This document shows positions 10,154 through 20,154 of a stretch of DNA of 62,877 bases, in pieces. The notes under the pieces are model-generated. The model had not been told where the DNA came from, made no database searches, and was given only the letters and a program-made list of their open reading frames with translations. The translations under genes were made by a program, and so were the position numbers. Every line of letters begins with the position of its first letter. Position 1 is the stretch's first letter. The DNA is from a candidate division WOR-3 bacterium (lineage in GTDB: Bacteria; Hydrothermota; Hydrothermia; B15-G9; WFZT01): positions 1 through 62,877 of the forward strand of contig JALUEE010000004.1 of NCBI GenBank assembly GCA_027053075.1, written 5' to 3'.

Positions 10154-11437
10154 ATGTTTGAGGAAAAACTTTTTAAAACAGATAGGGAAGTTTTCGAGGC
10201 AATTCTAAATGAAACGAAGAGGCAGAGTGAGGGGCTTGAGCTCATTGCTTCTGAAAACTTCACATCTGACGCTGTTCTTGCTGCCCTCGGGAGCGTTCTT
10301 ACCAACAAATATGCCGAGGGATATCCCGGGAAAAGGTACTATGGAGGATGTGAGTTCGTTGATGTTGTTGAAACTCTTGCTATAGAGCGGGCAAAGGCAC
10401 TTTTTGGAGCGGAGCATGCGAATGTGCAGCCCCATTCCGGGTCTCAGGCGAATATGGCCGTATATTTCGCTGTTTTGAAGCCCGGGGACACCATTATGTC
10501 CATGGAGCTTACGTCCGGCGGACACCTATCCCACGGAAGCCGCGTGTCATTTTCGGGAAAGCTCTACAACGTGGTCTATTATGGCGTTGATAGAAAAACC
10601 GAAACTATAGACTTTGACACTCTTTATAAACTTGCGAAGGAACACAACCCCAGGCTCATTATCACCGGTTATTCGGCCTATCCGAGAAAAATTGATTTTG
10701 CAAAATTCAGGGAGATAGCGGATAGTGTTGGTGCATATCTGATGGCAGACATAGCCCATATTGCCGGTCTTGTTGTGGGGAAAGTTCACCCTGACCCCGT
10801 ACCTTATGCGCATTTTGTTACTTCAACCACCCATAAGACCCTCAGAGGTCCACGCGGTGGCCTTATCTTGACAACGAAGGAATTTGCAAGAGCCATAGAC
10901 AAGGCTGTTTTCCCGGGTATGCAGGGTGGGCCTCTTGAGCACGTTATCGCGGCAAAGGCAGTGGCCTTCAAAGAGGCCATGAAGCCTGAATTTGTCGAAT
11001 ATCAAAAAAGAATCGTGGAGAATGCCAAAACACTTGCAGAGACCCTGAAGGCTGAAGGCTTAAGGCTCGTTTCCGGTGGTACAGACAATCATTTGATGCT
11101 GGTGGATACGAAAAGCGTGGGAATGACAGGAAAAGTTGCAGAGGAGCTGCTGGCAGAGGTAAATATTACGGTCAATAAAAATACCATCCCCTATGACCCG
11201 GAAAAGCCCACTGTAACAAGTGGTATTCGTATTGGAGTGCCCGCTATCACCACAAGGGGCATGGGGAAGGATGAAATGGTCAGAATAGGTAGAATTATCG
11301 CATCTGTTCTTAAAAATCCCGATGATGAGGCTGTAAAAGAGAGGGCGCGCGACACGGTAAAAGAGCTTGTCGAAGCATTTCCCCTCTACCGTGAAAGAAT
11401 TGAGGTAATGGAGAAACTAATGGAGATGCAGGGTTGA
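10154..11437 (+). CDS. glyA: Serine hydroxymethyltransferase
   Basis: [33 protein letters not shown]. Confidence 0.98.
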   Translation: MFEEKLFKTDREVFEAILNETKRQSEGLELIASENFTSDAVLAALGSVLTNKYAEGYPGKRYYGGCEFVDVVETLAIERAKALFGAEHANVQPHSGSQANMAVYFAVLKPGDTIMSMELTSGGHLSHGSRVSFSGKLYNVVYYGVDRKTETIDFDTLYKLAKEHNPRLIITGYSAYPRKIDFAKFREIADSVGAYLMADIAHIAGLVVGKVHPDPVPYAHFVTSTTHKTLRGPRGGLILTTKEFARAIDKAVFPGMQGGPLEHVIAAKAVAFKEAMKPEFVEYQKRIVENAKTLAETLKAEGLRLVSGGTDNHLMLVDTKSVGMTGKVAEELLAEVNITVNKNTIPYDPEKPTVTSGIRIGVPAITTRGMGKDEMVRIGRIIASVLKNPDDEAVKERARDTVKELVEAFPLYRERIEVMEKLMEMQG

Positions 11438-12114
11438 GCTTATCTGAGGACCTTATCAAAGAAAATCAAATAACCTGGAAGAGCCTTTTCACTCATCCCT
11501 TCGTGAGAGAGTTAGGCGAGGGGAGTCTGCCTGTAGAAAAGTACCTGTTTTTCATGAAAGAGGATTACTTTTACCTGAAGGAGTACTCGAGGGTGCTTGC
11601 CATTGCCTCAGCCAAGGCACCGGATAAGGATTTGCAGACGTTTTTTGCAGAATTCCTGCATTCAACCCTGACCTTTGAAATGGAGCTACACCGCAGAACA
11701 TGCGAGTCCCTCGGCATCTCAAGAAATGAGCTTGAGATGCATCAGCCCACGGTGCTGACACTCTCCTACACGAATTTTCTCATTAAAACTGCCTACGAAG
11801 GTGATATTGTGGAAATACTCGCTTCGCTTTTTCCCTGTGAATACAGCTACTGGGAGATCGCAAAAAAGCTGAAGCAATCAGGGCTTCCAGAAAAAGAGAT
11901 TTACAGAGATTGGATTCTTACTTACTCCTCAGAGGAGTTTGGTGGCCTTGCCCGGAAGCTTAAGAGTTTTCTTGACCGCTTTAGTGACTCGGTTAGTGGT
12001 AAGAAGTTTTCCAGATTGAATAAGGTCTTCAGGGAGAGTTTAAGGTTTGAACTTTATTTCTGGGAGAATGCCTACAGAGAGGGATTGATAAAGGACCTGT
12101 TTGAGAAGAGATGA
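11434..12114 (+). CDS. tenA: Thiaminase II (TenA)
   Basis: [25 protein letters not shown] with catalytic Cys, ELYFWE; TTG start. Confidence 0.88.
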   Translation: MSLSEDLIKENQITWKSLFTHPFVRELGEGSLPVEKYLFFMKEDYFYLKEYSRVLAIASAKAPDKDLQTFFAEFLHSTLTFEMELHRRTCESLGISRNELEMHQPTVLTLSYTNFLIKTAYEGDIVEILASLFPCEYSYWEIAKKLKQSGLPEKEIYRDWILTYSSEEFGGLARKLKSFLDRFSDSVSGKKFSRLNKVFRESLRFELYFWENAYREGLIKDLFEKR

Positions 12115-13052
12115 AAATCGTTATCATCGGCGGCGGAATCGCTGGAATAACCCTCGCTTATCTTTTACGCAACCATGATGTTACCGTGATTGAAAAGGAC
12201 TTTGTGGGTAGTGGAGAGACAGGCTACTCCACAGGAGTTTTCCCTATTGAAGAGGGTATCGAAGTGACCGACGATGGTGCCCACCTCCACTCTTCCCAAA
12301 AGTCGAAGACTTTCCAAGAGGCTAACCAGCCCCTCGAATTTTACCGTGCAGTGGAAGAATTTACTTTGAATTATTTCAAACCCGTGATTTTCGACCATAG
12401 AGATCTCTTAAATGGCTCGAGTGGCAAAAGTGTCTATGTGGATGGCTATAACTTTTGTTACTACACATCCATTGTTCTCGAGAAAAATGGGATGAATTTT
12501 GAGGTTATGAATGAGGCATTGAAGTTGATCGAGGAAAACGGCAGGGTGGTGAAGGTTGTGAGTAAGAGGGGTGAGTTTGCAGGTGATGTATTCATTGTAG
12601 CAGCCGGTGCATCAACACCTTTCATTACCAGGGCAGATGGGACCAGATTTTCCTGGATCAGGTCACTTTTATTGAAGCCCCACAGGCCTTTTGAGCCCCT
12701 GGTTCTCTACGATGAGGATTTTACCATAAAGCCAGAGGGTGAGAATAGAATTATCATCAGAGAAAACAGAGGCATTGAGGTTAATTTGAATGGAGATATT
12801 ACCAATAAAACCCGGGGTGTGGATGAGGGATTTTACGAAAAGGTTTTTGAGTATCTTGAGAGAAGAGAAAGTTCATTTCTGGATTCGGATGTAGAAAGGG
12901 GATGGGCAACTATTTGCACGGAAACCACGGAGCCTGTAAAAAGACTAAAGTACAATCTTTACGCATTTTTTGGTTTTGGCTGCAGAGGCTTTGGACTTAT
13001 TCCCATGCTGGCAAAAAATTTAAAGGAGGAGATAGAAAATGATAGACGATAA
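12111..13052 (+). CDS. FAD-dependent oxidoreductase (DAO-like, divergent)
   Basis: IIGGGIAG Rossmann motif, IVAAGA, GFGCRGFGLIP C-terminal motif. Confidence 0.75.
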   Translation: MKIVIIGGGIAGITLAYLLRNHDVTVIEKDFVGSGETGYSTGVFPIEEGIEVTDDGAHLHSSQKSKTFQEANQPLEFYRAVEEFTLNYFKPVIFDHRDLLNGSSGKSVYVDGYNFCYYTSIVLEKNGMNFEVMNEALKLIEENGRVVKVVSKRGEFAGDVFIVAAGASTPFITRADGTRFSWIRSLLLKPHRPFEPLVLYDEDFTIKPEGENRIIIRENRGIEVNLNGDITNKTRGVDEGFYEKVFEYLERRESSFLDSDVERGWATICTETTEPVKRLKYNLYAFFGFGCRGFGLIPMLAKNLKEEIENDRR

Positions 13053-13485
13053 GTTCTTTGACCTTGAGCTCTACGGGATTTATAAAGCAGTCAACGAGAA
13101 AATAGGTGAGGAAACATGGGGAATCGTCTGGAGATCAGGTGAAATCGTGCTTGATGAAATCTGGAACGAGATAAACCCCGATAATTCAACCGATGTTTTC
13201 GAGGTTCTCAAGAATCTCGGTGATTATTTAGGAAGAGTCGGTTACGTTGACTACATAAAGGTGGAAAAATTATCTGACACCCGTGTGAAATACACCATGG
13301 GCAAACCCGTAATACTCCCGGGTGCCGAGAGGTTGATAAAAGAAGGCATGGTTCCTCCTCATATCTCAACCTCTCTAATGTTTGCTGCTTTAAAAAAGTT
13401 AGGATACAGGGCAGAAATGGTGGGAGAGCCCGAATTTTTACCGGGCGATATTGCGGTTGAAATCTGGGAAATCAAGCCTATTTAA
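13039..13485 (+). CDS. Hypothetical protein (possibly V4R-like)
   Basis: 148-aa ORF with AGGAGG RBS overlapping the upstream stop; fold guess only. Confidence 0.6.
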   Translation: MIDDKFFDLELYGIYKAVNEKIGEETWGIVWRSGEIVLDEIWNEINPDNSTDVFEVLKNLGDYLGRVGYVDYIKVEKLSDTRVKYTMGKPVILPGAERLIKEGMVPPHISTSLMFAALKKLGYRAEMVGEPEFLPGDIAVEIWEIKPI

Positions 13486-13590
13486 GATTGAATGGAATAG
13501 AATGTAGAAGAAGTTATATACTTGACAATTCATAATTTAACAGCCAAGTTTAAATTGAAATGGGAAATATAAGTTTGGGGAGGGATAAAA

Positions 13591-14895
13591 ATGACAGCTG
13601 AAATTGCAATAATGAATAAAGAAGCGGTTGCATTGGCAGCAGATAGTGCAGTAACAATGGTAGGTCCAAGTGGTGAAAAAGTATTTACGTCTGCAAATAA
13701 ACTTTTTACCCTCAGTAAATTTCATCCTGTAGGTATAATGATTTACGGAAATGCATTATTTATGAACATGCCATGGGAAACGTTGATTAAAATTTATAGG
13801 GATAATTTGGGATCTAAATCTTTTGCTACAGTGAAGGAGTACGCTGATGATTTTTTAGATTTTTTATGTTCCGATGAAATTCATTCTGAAGAAGCCCAAA
13901 GCATTTATGTAGAAAGGACTATATATTCATATCTTAATTTTTTAAAAGGCCTTATTAAGAAAACAGTAGCGGATGAGTTGGAAAAGAAAGAAAAAATGTC
14001 TGAGGATGAAATTAAAAAAATATTAAAAGATATATTGCAGAGACAATATAAAATATGGGAAAATGCTGAGAATTCACCAAATATAGACAATACTGAAGAA
14101 TTTCATAAGGATGTATTAGACAAACATAAAAAGTATATGGACTTGGCTATAAGTAATGTTTTGGAAAAACTACCTTTTTCCAATACTGATAGAAAGAAAT
14201 TGCGGAATATTTTAGCTTTCTTATTTTATAAAATTCCAAGGGATATGAGATATTCTGGTGCTTCTGGAATAGTAATTGCTGGTTTCGGAGAAAAAGAAAT
14301 TTTTCCTTCAATAGTTTCTTATGAATTGTATGGTGTATGGGGAAGAGTTTTGAAGTATAAGGTTGAATTAGAAACAAAAATAGATTTTAATACTGAGGCT
14401 GTTATTATCCCCTTTGCTCAGAAAGATATGGTGTATTTATTTATGGAGGGAGTTCATAAAGATTATTTATTAATAGAAGAGAGTTATCTTCGTGGATTTT
14501 TGGAGAGGTTTTTAGACTCAATTGTTGGAAGCATCAATGAAGAAATAAGAGTATTTAGTAAGATGAAAAGAATGAAAACAAAAATAATTGATTCCATATT
14601 GGAGGAATTCGGAAAGAATTTAATAGAGTACAGAAAAAGAAATTTTAGTGATCCTATCATGAATATTGTTGCAATTCTACCAAAATTGGAATTAGCTATG
14701 ATGGCCGAAGCATTAATTAATTTAACTTCACTGAAAAGGAAGTGGAGCACAGAACGTGAAACAGTTGGAGGTCCCATTGATGTCGCTTTGATTAGTAAAG
14801 GCGATGGCTTTGTATGGATAAAGCGGAAGCACTACTTTAAACCAGAGTTAAATCCTCATTTTTTTAAAAAATATTTTAAGGAGGAGAAACAATGA
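13591..14895 (+). CDS. Proteasome-beta/Ntn-hydrolase-like protein with large insertions
   Basis: After Met removal Thr1, AAD17S and Lys36; C-terminal ETVGGPIDVALISK; AT-rich codon usage. Confidence 0.7.
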   Translation: MTAEIAIMNKEAVALAADSAVTMVGPSGEKVFTSANKLFTLSKFHPVGIMIYGNALFMNMPWETLIKIYRDNLGSKSFATVKEYADDFLDFLCSDEIHSEEAQSIYVERTIYSYLNFLKGLIKKTVADELEKKEKMSEDEIKKILKDILQRQYKIWENAENSPNIDNTEEFHKDVLDKHKKYMDLAISNVLEKLPFSNTDRKKLRNILAFLFYKIPRDMRYSGASGIVIAGFGEKEIFPSIVSYELYGVWGRVLKYKVELETKIDFNTEAVIIPFAQKDMVYLFMEGVHKDYLLIEESYLRGFLERFLDSIVGSINEEIRVFSKMKRMKTKIIDSILEEFGKNLIEYRKRNFSDPIMNIVAILPKLELAMMAEALINLTSLKRKWSTERETVGGPIDVALISKGDGFVWIKRKHYFKPELNPHFFKKYFKEEKQ

Positions 14896-15059
14896 AGAAA
14901 CGATATATTAAAACATTAAGAGATTTTGAAAAACAATACCTACCAAAATCTTTCAGTGAAAATGAGAGGAAACACACTAATCCCAAGGAGATAGGGAGTC
15001 TATGGGCAAAAGACACTATGGATAAGTTGAGGAAAACCCTAAAAATTTTTAAAAGTTAA
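14892..15059 (+). CDS. 55-aa hypothetical protein (not in ORF track)
   Basis: ATGA overlap with upstream stop, AAGGAGGAG RBS; MKKRYIKTLRDFEKQYLPKSFSENERKHTNPKEIGSLWAKDTMDKLRKTLKIFKS. Confidence 0.75.
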   Translation: MKKRYIKTLRDFEKQYLPKSFSENERKHTNPKEIGSLWAKDTMDKLRKTLKIFKS

Positions 15060-15074
15060 ATGAATTAGTATTTT

Positions 15075-16163
15075 TTAGGCATCACCTACTTTTTTTAAAA
15101 ATTTTAATAATCTCTTTGTATTTTTATCGCAATCGAAATCTTGAGACCATGTTAGGGCGTTATTGGATAGAGTTTCTCGTAATTTCTCATCTGTTAAAAC
15201 ACGAATGATTTCTTCTGCCAGTCTCTCTATATTCCCGTATGGATAAAGAATGCCAGTTCCTCCATTCTGTACAGAATCCCGGAGCCCTGGAGAATTTGCC
15301 GCTATCACTGGTGTTCCACAGGCATTTGCCTCAATTACTGTAAGCCCCCATCCTTCCTTTACTGATGGATTCACAACCACCCAGCTTTTATTTAGAATCT
15401 CAACTTTCTCCTCTTCTGAGACGAATCCGGTAAACTTGACTTCCAGCCCTTTTGCCAATTCCATTAGCTTCTTCCTGTAGGGTCCTTCACCAACTATCAT
15501 AAGCCTCGCCTCAGGTACCCTTTGCTTTACTATTTTGAAGGCCTCAATCAGGTGGTCAATGGATTTGTATTTTGTGATCCTTCCGAGGTATGTTACAAGT
15601 GGATAGGGAGTTTTTGGAATACCGAGCAGGCGGTACTTATTTCTGTCAACACAGTTATAGATAATCTCGACCTGTTTTACTCCTCGTTTTCTGAGCTCAT
15701 TTGCTGTGCTGGGTGAAACTGCGATAAAGGGAAGATTCCTTGCAATCTTAAAAAAGAGCGTTTCTGTGAGATAAACATAAAGGGCCATGGGGACTGGTAC
15801 TTCGAGGAAGATGGATTTACCAAAAAGGTGATGGGCGATACCCACAAGTGGCTTTTTCTCAAGGAGGAGTGAGAAGAAGGGTATCTTGTTTATATCAAGG
15901 ACAACCACGTCGAATTTTTCTCGATGAAATTTTCTCCAATAGACAAAGGGGAGGACAAAGTTGAAATAGTTTCTTCCACCCATCCTGTAAATTTTGATGC
16001 CGTCTATTGTTTCCTCTCGAGGGGCGTTTTTAAATCCAGAAGTGAGGAGTGTGACATCGTGCCCCATTTTAGCAATTCGACCAAAGAAATCATGTAGATG
16101 GACCTCCGCTCCACCTGCTCTAGGATTTTTTATATCCTGCCAGTTTATTACCAGAATTTTCAT
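15075..16163 (-). CDS. Glycosyltransferase family 4
   Basis: NPRAGGAEVH, EGWGLTVIEANACG; start moved to MKILVIN at 16163. Confidence 0.92.
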   Translation of the reverse strand: MKILVINWQDIKNPRAGGAEVHLHDFFGRIAKMGHDVTLLTSGFKNAPREETIDGIKIYRMGGRNYFNFVLPFVYWRKFHREKFDVVVLDINKIPFFSLLLEKKPLVGIAHHLFGKSIFLEVPVPMALYVYLTETLFFKIARNLPFIAVSPSTANELRKRGVKQVEIIYNCVDRNKYRLLGIPKTPYPLVTYLGRITKYKSIDHLIEAFKIVKQRVPEARLMIVGEGPYRKKLMELAKGLEVKFTGFVSEEEKVEILNKSWVVVNPSVKEGWGLTVIEANACGTPVIAANSPGLRDSVQNGGTGILYPYGNIERLAEEIIRVLTDEKLRETLSNNALTWSQDFDCDKNTKRLLKFLKKVGDA

Positions 16164-16237
16164 GGGCTTGAATTTTAATCTCACAAAGATTCGTGTGTCT
16201 ATCCTTATCATATAAAAATTCTTCGGGAGGTTTTGAA

Positions 16238-17809
16238 ATGCTTTTAACTCTGGTGATTTTAGCCGTGTTTAGTCCCACAAAACCCCTTGCCATTATGGGA
16301 ACGGGAAGTGTTGCCAATGTGCTTTCGCCTACAGATACTGTTACAACTGATTATCTCAACATTCGCATAAACAGTGTGACGACCAATATTCAGAATGAAG
16401 AGCAGATTGTGATTAATCCAAGAGACTCGCTCAATATGGTCGCTGTGTGGCGAGATTTCCGACTTGGTTACAGACAGGTAGGTGTGGGATATACGCTGGA
16501 TGGAGGGAACACCTGGCACGATACACTTTTTGCGGGAACACCTTATGCTTGGGACAGTGACCCTGCAATCACGGTAGATGACTCCGGGAATTTTTATGCA
16601 GTGGTGCTTTCCCTGCCATCGGATGCATCAACATCAGGAATTTTTGTCTTTAAATCTTCAGATGGCGGTGTCTCCTGGCAGGGACCATATACAGTGGTTG
16701 ATGCTCATACTTCGGCTTTTGAAGACAAGGAGTGGATAACCTGTGATGCATCTCCATATTCACCATATCGAGGGAATCTGTACGTAGCGTGGACAAGATT
16801 TTACGACTATACAAATGGAGGAATTGATTTCACACGCTCCACAGATGGAGGTGAAACCTGGAGCCAGTTTGTCAGGTTAAGTTCTGAAACTTATGGAGTT
16901 CAGTGGCCAGTCCTGACCGTAGATGATTCCGGTGTGGTGTATGTGGCGTGGATGAATTACTACATGAGTAGACTTGAGATGACAAAGTCAACCGACGGTG
17001 GAGTTACTTTCTCTGTCCCAAGAACTATAATTGACCTCTTTGACGGAGGATGGTACACGATAAATCCTGACCTGGTGGTGATAAGCTATCCTGCCATCAA
17101 GGCAGATGTGAACCCGCAAAGTCCATATATTGGCAATCTCTATGTGGTATTTATGGATTCTACCGCTCACAATGGAACTGATATCTTCTTTATGAAATCG
17201 ACCGATGGTGGGAATAGCTGGAGTATCCCAACGAGGCTTAATGATGACATTCAAGGGGTCGTCAGGGATCAGTTTCACCCATGGATAGATGTGGATCAGA
17301 ACGGAGTGATCACGGTGATTTTCTATGACAGGAGAAATGACCCGCATAATCGTTTGATGGATTTGTATCTAACCCAGTCCTTTGATGGGGGCGAAACATG
17401 GACTCCCAATGTGCGTGTAACGTCTGTCTCAAGTGACCCCGCAGCAGGGAGTAAGTCTGGATTGATCGGTGAGTACATAGGTCTCGATACATGGAACGGG
17501 AAGCCGTTTATGGTATGGACAGATACCCGTGAAGGCACTCAGGATGTCTATTTTGGTAAAGATACAGTGACCACGAATGTGGTCGAAAATCCGGTTCGTG
17601 GCATGAAAATTGGATTAAAATCGAACGTGGTGAAAAATTCTATTACATTGAACGAGATACCGCAGCACCCACCTGTGCTTTACAGTTTTGATGGCCGAAA
17701 GGTCAGGGTGTTCCATGCAAGGAGAATGAATTACCGCGTCACAGATTTACCCCCGGGGGTCTATTTCATCAAAATAGATGACACCTTCACGAGGTTTTTG
17801 AAGATTTGA
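16238..17809 (+). CDS. Secreted sialidase-family/BNR-repeat beta-propeller with T9SS-like C-terminal domain
   Basis: Repeated Asp-box SxDGGxTW; C-terminal YSFDGRKV...LPPGVYFIK; GGGAGG RBS before ATG 16238. Confidence 0.85.
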   Translation: MLLTLVILAVFSPTKPLAIMGTGSVANVLSPTDTVTTDYLNIRINSVTTNIQNEEQIVINPRDSLNMVAVWRDFRLGYRQVGVGYTLDGGNTWHDTLFAGTPYAWDSDPAITVDDSGNFYAVVLSLPSDASTSGIFVFKSSDGGVSWQGPYTVVDAHTSAFEDKEWITCDASPYSPYRGNLYVAWTRFYDYTNGGIDFTRSTDGGETWSQFVRLSSETYGVQWPVLTVDDSGVVYVAWMNYYMSRLEMTKSTDGGVTFSVPRTIIDLFDGGWYTINPDLVVISYPAIKADVNPQSPYIGNLYVVFMDSTAHNGTDIFFMKSTDGGNSWSIPTRLNDDIQGVVRDQFHPWIDVDQNGVITVIFYDRRNDPHNRLMDLYLTQSFDGGETWTPNVRVTSVSSDPAAGSKSGLIGEYIGLDTWNGKPFMVWTDTREGTQDVYFGKDTVTTNVVENPVRGMKIGLKSNVVKNSITLNEIPQHPPVLYSFDGRKVRVFHARRMNYRVTDLPPGVYFIKIDDTFTRFLKI

Positions 17810-17853
17810 ATTCTGATTGAATTGGCATAAAATTTAAAAAACAGGAGGAGATT

Positions 17854-18741
17854 ATGGAAGAGATTTTGAAAGTTATTGAGAAAGTGAAGGAAAGAGCTGA
17901 GAAATTCAGGGATACACTTTCTCACAATGAGTTTGCAACCAGATATGCGCTTATTGATCCATTATTAAGAGCACTTGGATGGGATACTGAAGACCCTTCA
18001 AAGGTGGTGCCAGAGCTGTCAACTAATCAGGGAACCCCAGATTATGCCCTTTATTGGGAAGGTAAACCTATTGCAATGCTCGAGGCAAAATCACTGGGTA
18101 CAAATCTCGAAAAGTTTATAGACATTGGTTTTAAATATTGCTGGAAAAATAGAGTGGGTTATTTTGTGATAACCAATGGAGATAGGTGGGCACTGTTTGA
18201 TATTAGCAAGATGGGAGGAGAAAAGGTTTTTGACGTTTCAATATTGAGTGACCCACCGGGTAGGGTTGCAAGGAGACTGCTTGCTCTATGGTATCCCGCA
18301 GTTCCAGAAATTGAGGGAATGCCGGAACCGTTAATAAAAACTAACGAAACCCAATCGGATAAAAGAATCGAGGAAATAAAATCTAAAGAGAAGTTTACGG
18401 ATTTGTTGAAACAAAATCTAAAATATAAGTCACCGCCTATAAAAATTATTTTACCTAACGGAGAAGTTATAGAGAATCCCCATCATTGGATAAAAATAAT
18501 CAAGTATTTTGCTGAAAAATTAGACAAAAGATTTTTACCTCTGTTTTATCCTGGAAGTACAAGTAACTACGTAATAAATTTTAAGCCAGTACATCCAGAT
18601 GGAGGTAAATTCTATAATCCTGAAAAAGTAGGGGATGTGTGGATAGAAAAATCATGGAATAGTAACCAAATAGTGAAAATTAGCGCTCATATTTTCAAAC
18701 TTCTTGGCTTCAGTCCCGATGACGTGCTGATTGAGTGGTAA
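17854..18741 (+). CDS. Type I restriction HsdR N-terminal-like nuclease domain protein
   Basis: NEFATRYALIDPLLRALGWD, PDYAL, LEAK, ITNGDRW. Confidence 0.75.
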   Translation: MEEILKVIEKVKERAEKFRDTLSHNEFATRYALIDPLLRALGWDTEDPSKVVPELSTNQGTPDYALYWEGKPIAMLEAKSLGTNLEKFIDIGFKYCWKNRVGYFVITNGDRWALFDISKMGGEKVFDVSILSDPPGRVARRLLALWYPAVPEIEGMPEPLIKTNETQSDKRIEEIKSKEKFTDLLKQNLKYKSPPIKIILPNGEVIENPHHWIKIIKYFAEKLDKRFLPLFYPGSTSNYVINFKPVHPDGGKFYNPEKVGDVWIEKSWNSNQIVKISAHIFKLLGFSPDDVLIEW

Positions 18742-19185
18742 TTAGTGGGTTGATTCGTATTCTTTGATCTTGTTTACACGTCTTTCGTGGCGGCCACCTT
18801 CAAATTCGGTTGTGAGAAAGACCTCGACGAATTTCTTTGCATCCTCAGGGTCAACATATCCCCCCTGAAGACAGATAACGTTGGCGTCATTGTGCCTGCG
18901 GGAGAGTTCAGCAAATTCAAGACCTGTGACCAGCGCGGCCCTCACACCCTTAACCTTATTGGCCGCAATGGACATACCAATTCCGGTCATACAAATCAGA
19001 ATACCTTTATCAGCCTTTCCATTAGCTACCGCCTCACCTACAGGGATGGCAGCGTCAGGATAGTCAAAGGACTCTTCACTGTGGGTGCCAAAGTCAATGA
19101 CTTCGTACCCCTTTTCTTTGAGAAATTCCTTCAGGACCTCTTTAAGCCTGAATCCTCTATGGTCGGCACCAATTGCTATTTTCAT
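18742..19185 (-). CDS. rpiB: Ribose-5-phosphate isomerase B
   Basis: IAIGADHRG, CMTGIGMSIAANK, RRHNDAN, FEGGRHERR; start at MKIAIG 19185. Confidence 0.95.
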   Translation of the reverse strand: MKIAIGADHRGFRLKEVLKEFLKEKGYEVIDFGTHSEESFDYPDAAIPVGEAVANGKADKGILICMTGIGMSIAANKVKGVRAALVTGLEFAELSRRHNDANVICLQGGYVDPEDAKKFVEVFLTTEFEGGRHERRVNKIKEYESTH

Positions 19186-19209
19186 GATATTTTTAAATTG
19201 GGGGGCGGG

Positions 19210-19225
19210 TGTTTCACGTGAAACA
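19210..19225. promoter_or_regulatory. parS: parS centromere-like site
   Basis: Exact TGTTTCACGTGAAACA, inside a perfect 38-bp palindrome at 19199-19236. Confidence 0.85.
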
Positions 19226-19245
19226 CCCGCCCCCCACAATTCCAT

Positions 19246-20154
19246 TCATTCAAACAATTTCAAAAACAATGCCTTTTCCGTATGTAACCTATTTTCTGCC
19301 TGCTGGAAAACCACAGAATGTTCTGATTCGATAACGTCATCTGTTATCTCTTCTCCACGATGGGCCGGCAGGCAATGCATTACCTTAACATCTGGGGATG
19401 CGTAGGAAAGGAGCTCCCGATTAACCTGATAGCCCTGAAAGTCACGGAGTCTTTTCTCCCTCTCGGCTTCCTGGCCCATTGAAGTCCATACGTCCGTGTA
19501 GATGAAGTCAGCATTTTTTGCGGCCTCGATGGGGTCGGTTGTAATCTTTATCAGTGCTCCACTTTCCCGTGCAAGCTCAAAGGCCTTCTCCACGACTTTC
19601 GTATCGGGTTCGTACCCTGCAGGATGTGCAAGGGTGAAGTTGGTCCCCAACATGGCAGAAAGAAGCATCAGGGAATTGGCGACGTTGTTGCTGTCTCCAA
19701 TAAAGCTCAGATTCACCTTAAATGTGCCTGCGTTTTCGAAAATAGTCATAAAGTCGGCCAGTGCCTGGCATGGGTGCTCGTAGTCAGAAAGTGCGTTTAT
19801 CACCGGTATTTTCCCATACTTTCCAAGTTCCTCAAGTGTGGATTGGGCGAATACCCTTGCGACAATTCCATCAACCCATTTATCAAGATTGCGTGCCACA
19901 TCTTTTACGGGCTCGCGCACTCCAAGCTTTATATCTCCCGGGGCAAGATAAATGGGATATCCACCAAGATGGTAAATGGCAACCTCAAAGGTGGTTCGGG
20001 TTCTCAAAGAGGGCTTTTCGAATATGAGGGCAAAGGTCTTACCCTCTAACTCCCTGCCCCTGTAAGATTCTTTTTTAAGTTCAATGGCCCTCATTATGAG
20101 GGCCATTGTCTCATCTTTCGTTAAATCTGTTACCGAAAGGTAGTCCCTTTTCAT
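19246..20154 (-). CDS. argF: Ornithine carbamoyltransferase
   Basis: SLRTR, HPCQALAD, TDVWTSMGQE, HCLPAHRG. Confidence 0.95.
   Translation of the reverse strand: MKRDYLSVTDLTKDETMALIMRAIELKKESYRGRELEGKTFALIFEKPSLRTRTTFEVAIYHLGGYPIYLAPGDIKLGVREPVKDVARNLDKWVDGIVARVFAQSTLEELGKYGKIPVINALSDYEHPCQALADFMTIFENAGTFKVNLSFIGDSNNVANSLMLLSAMLGTNFTLAHPAGYEPDTKVVEKAFELARESGALIKITTDPIEAAKNADFIYTDVWTSMGQEAEREKRLRDFQGYQVNRELLSYASPDVKVMHCLPAHRGEEITDDVIESEHSVVFQQAENRLHTEKALFLKLFE

Noticed and set aside
17822..17838. Sigma-54 promoter before the HsdR-N gene (TGGCATAAAATTTAAA)
   Set aside because: Lacks the -12 GC
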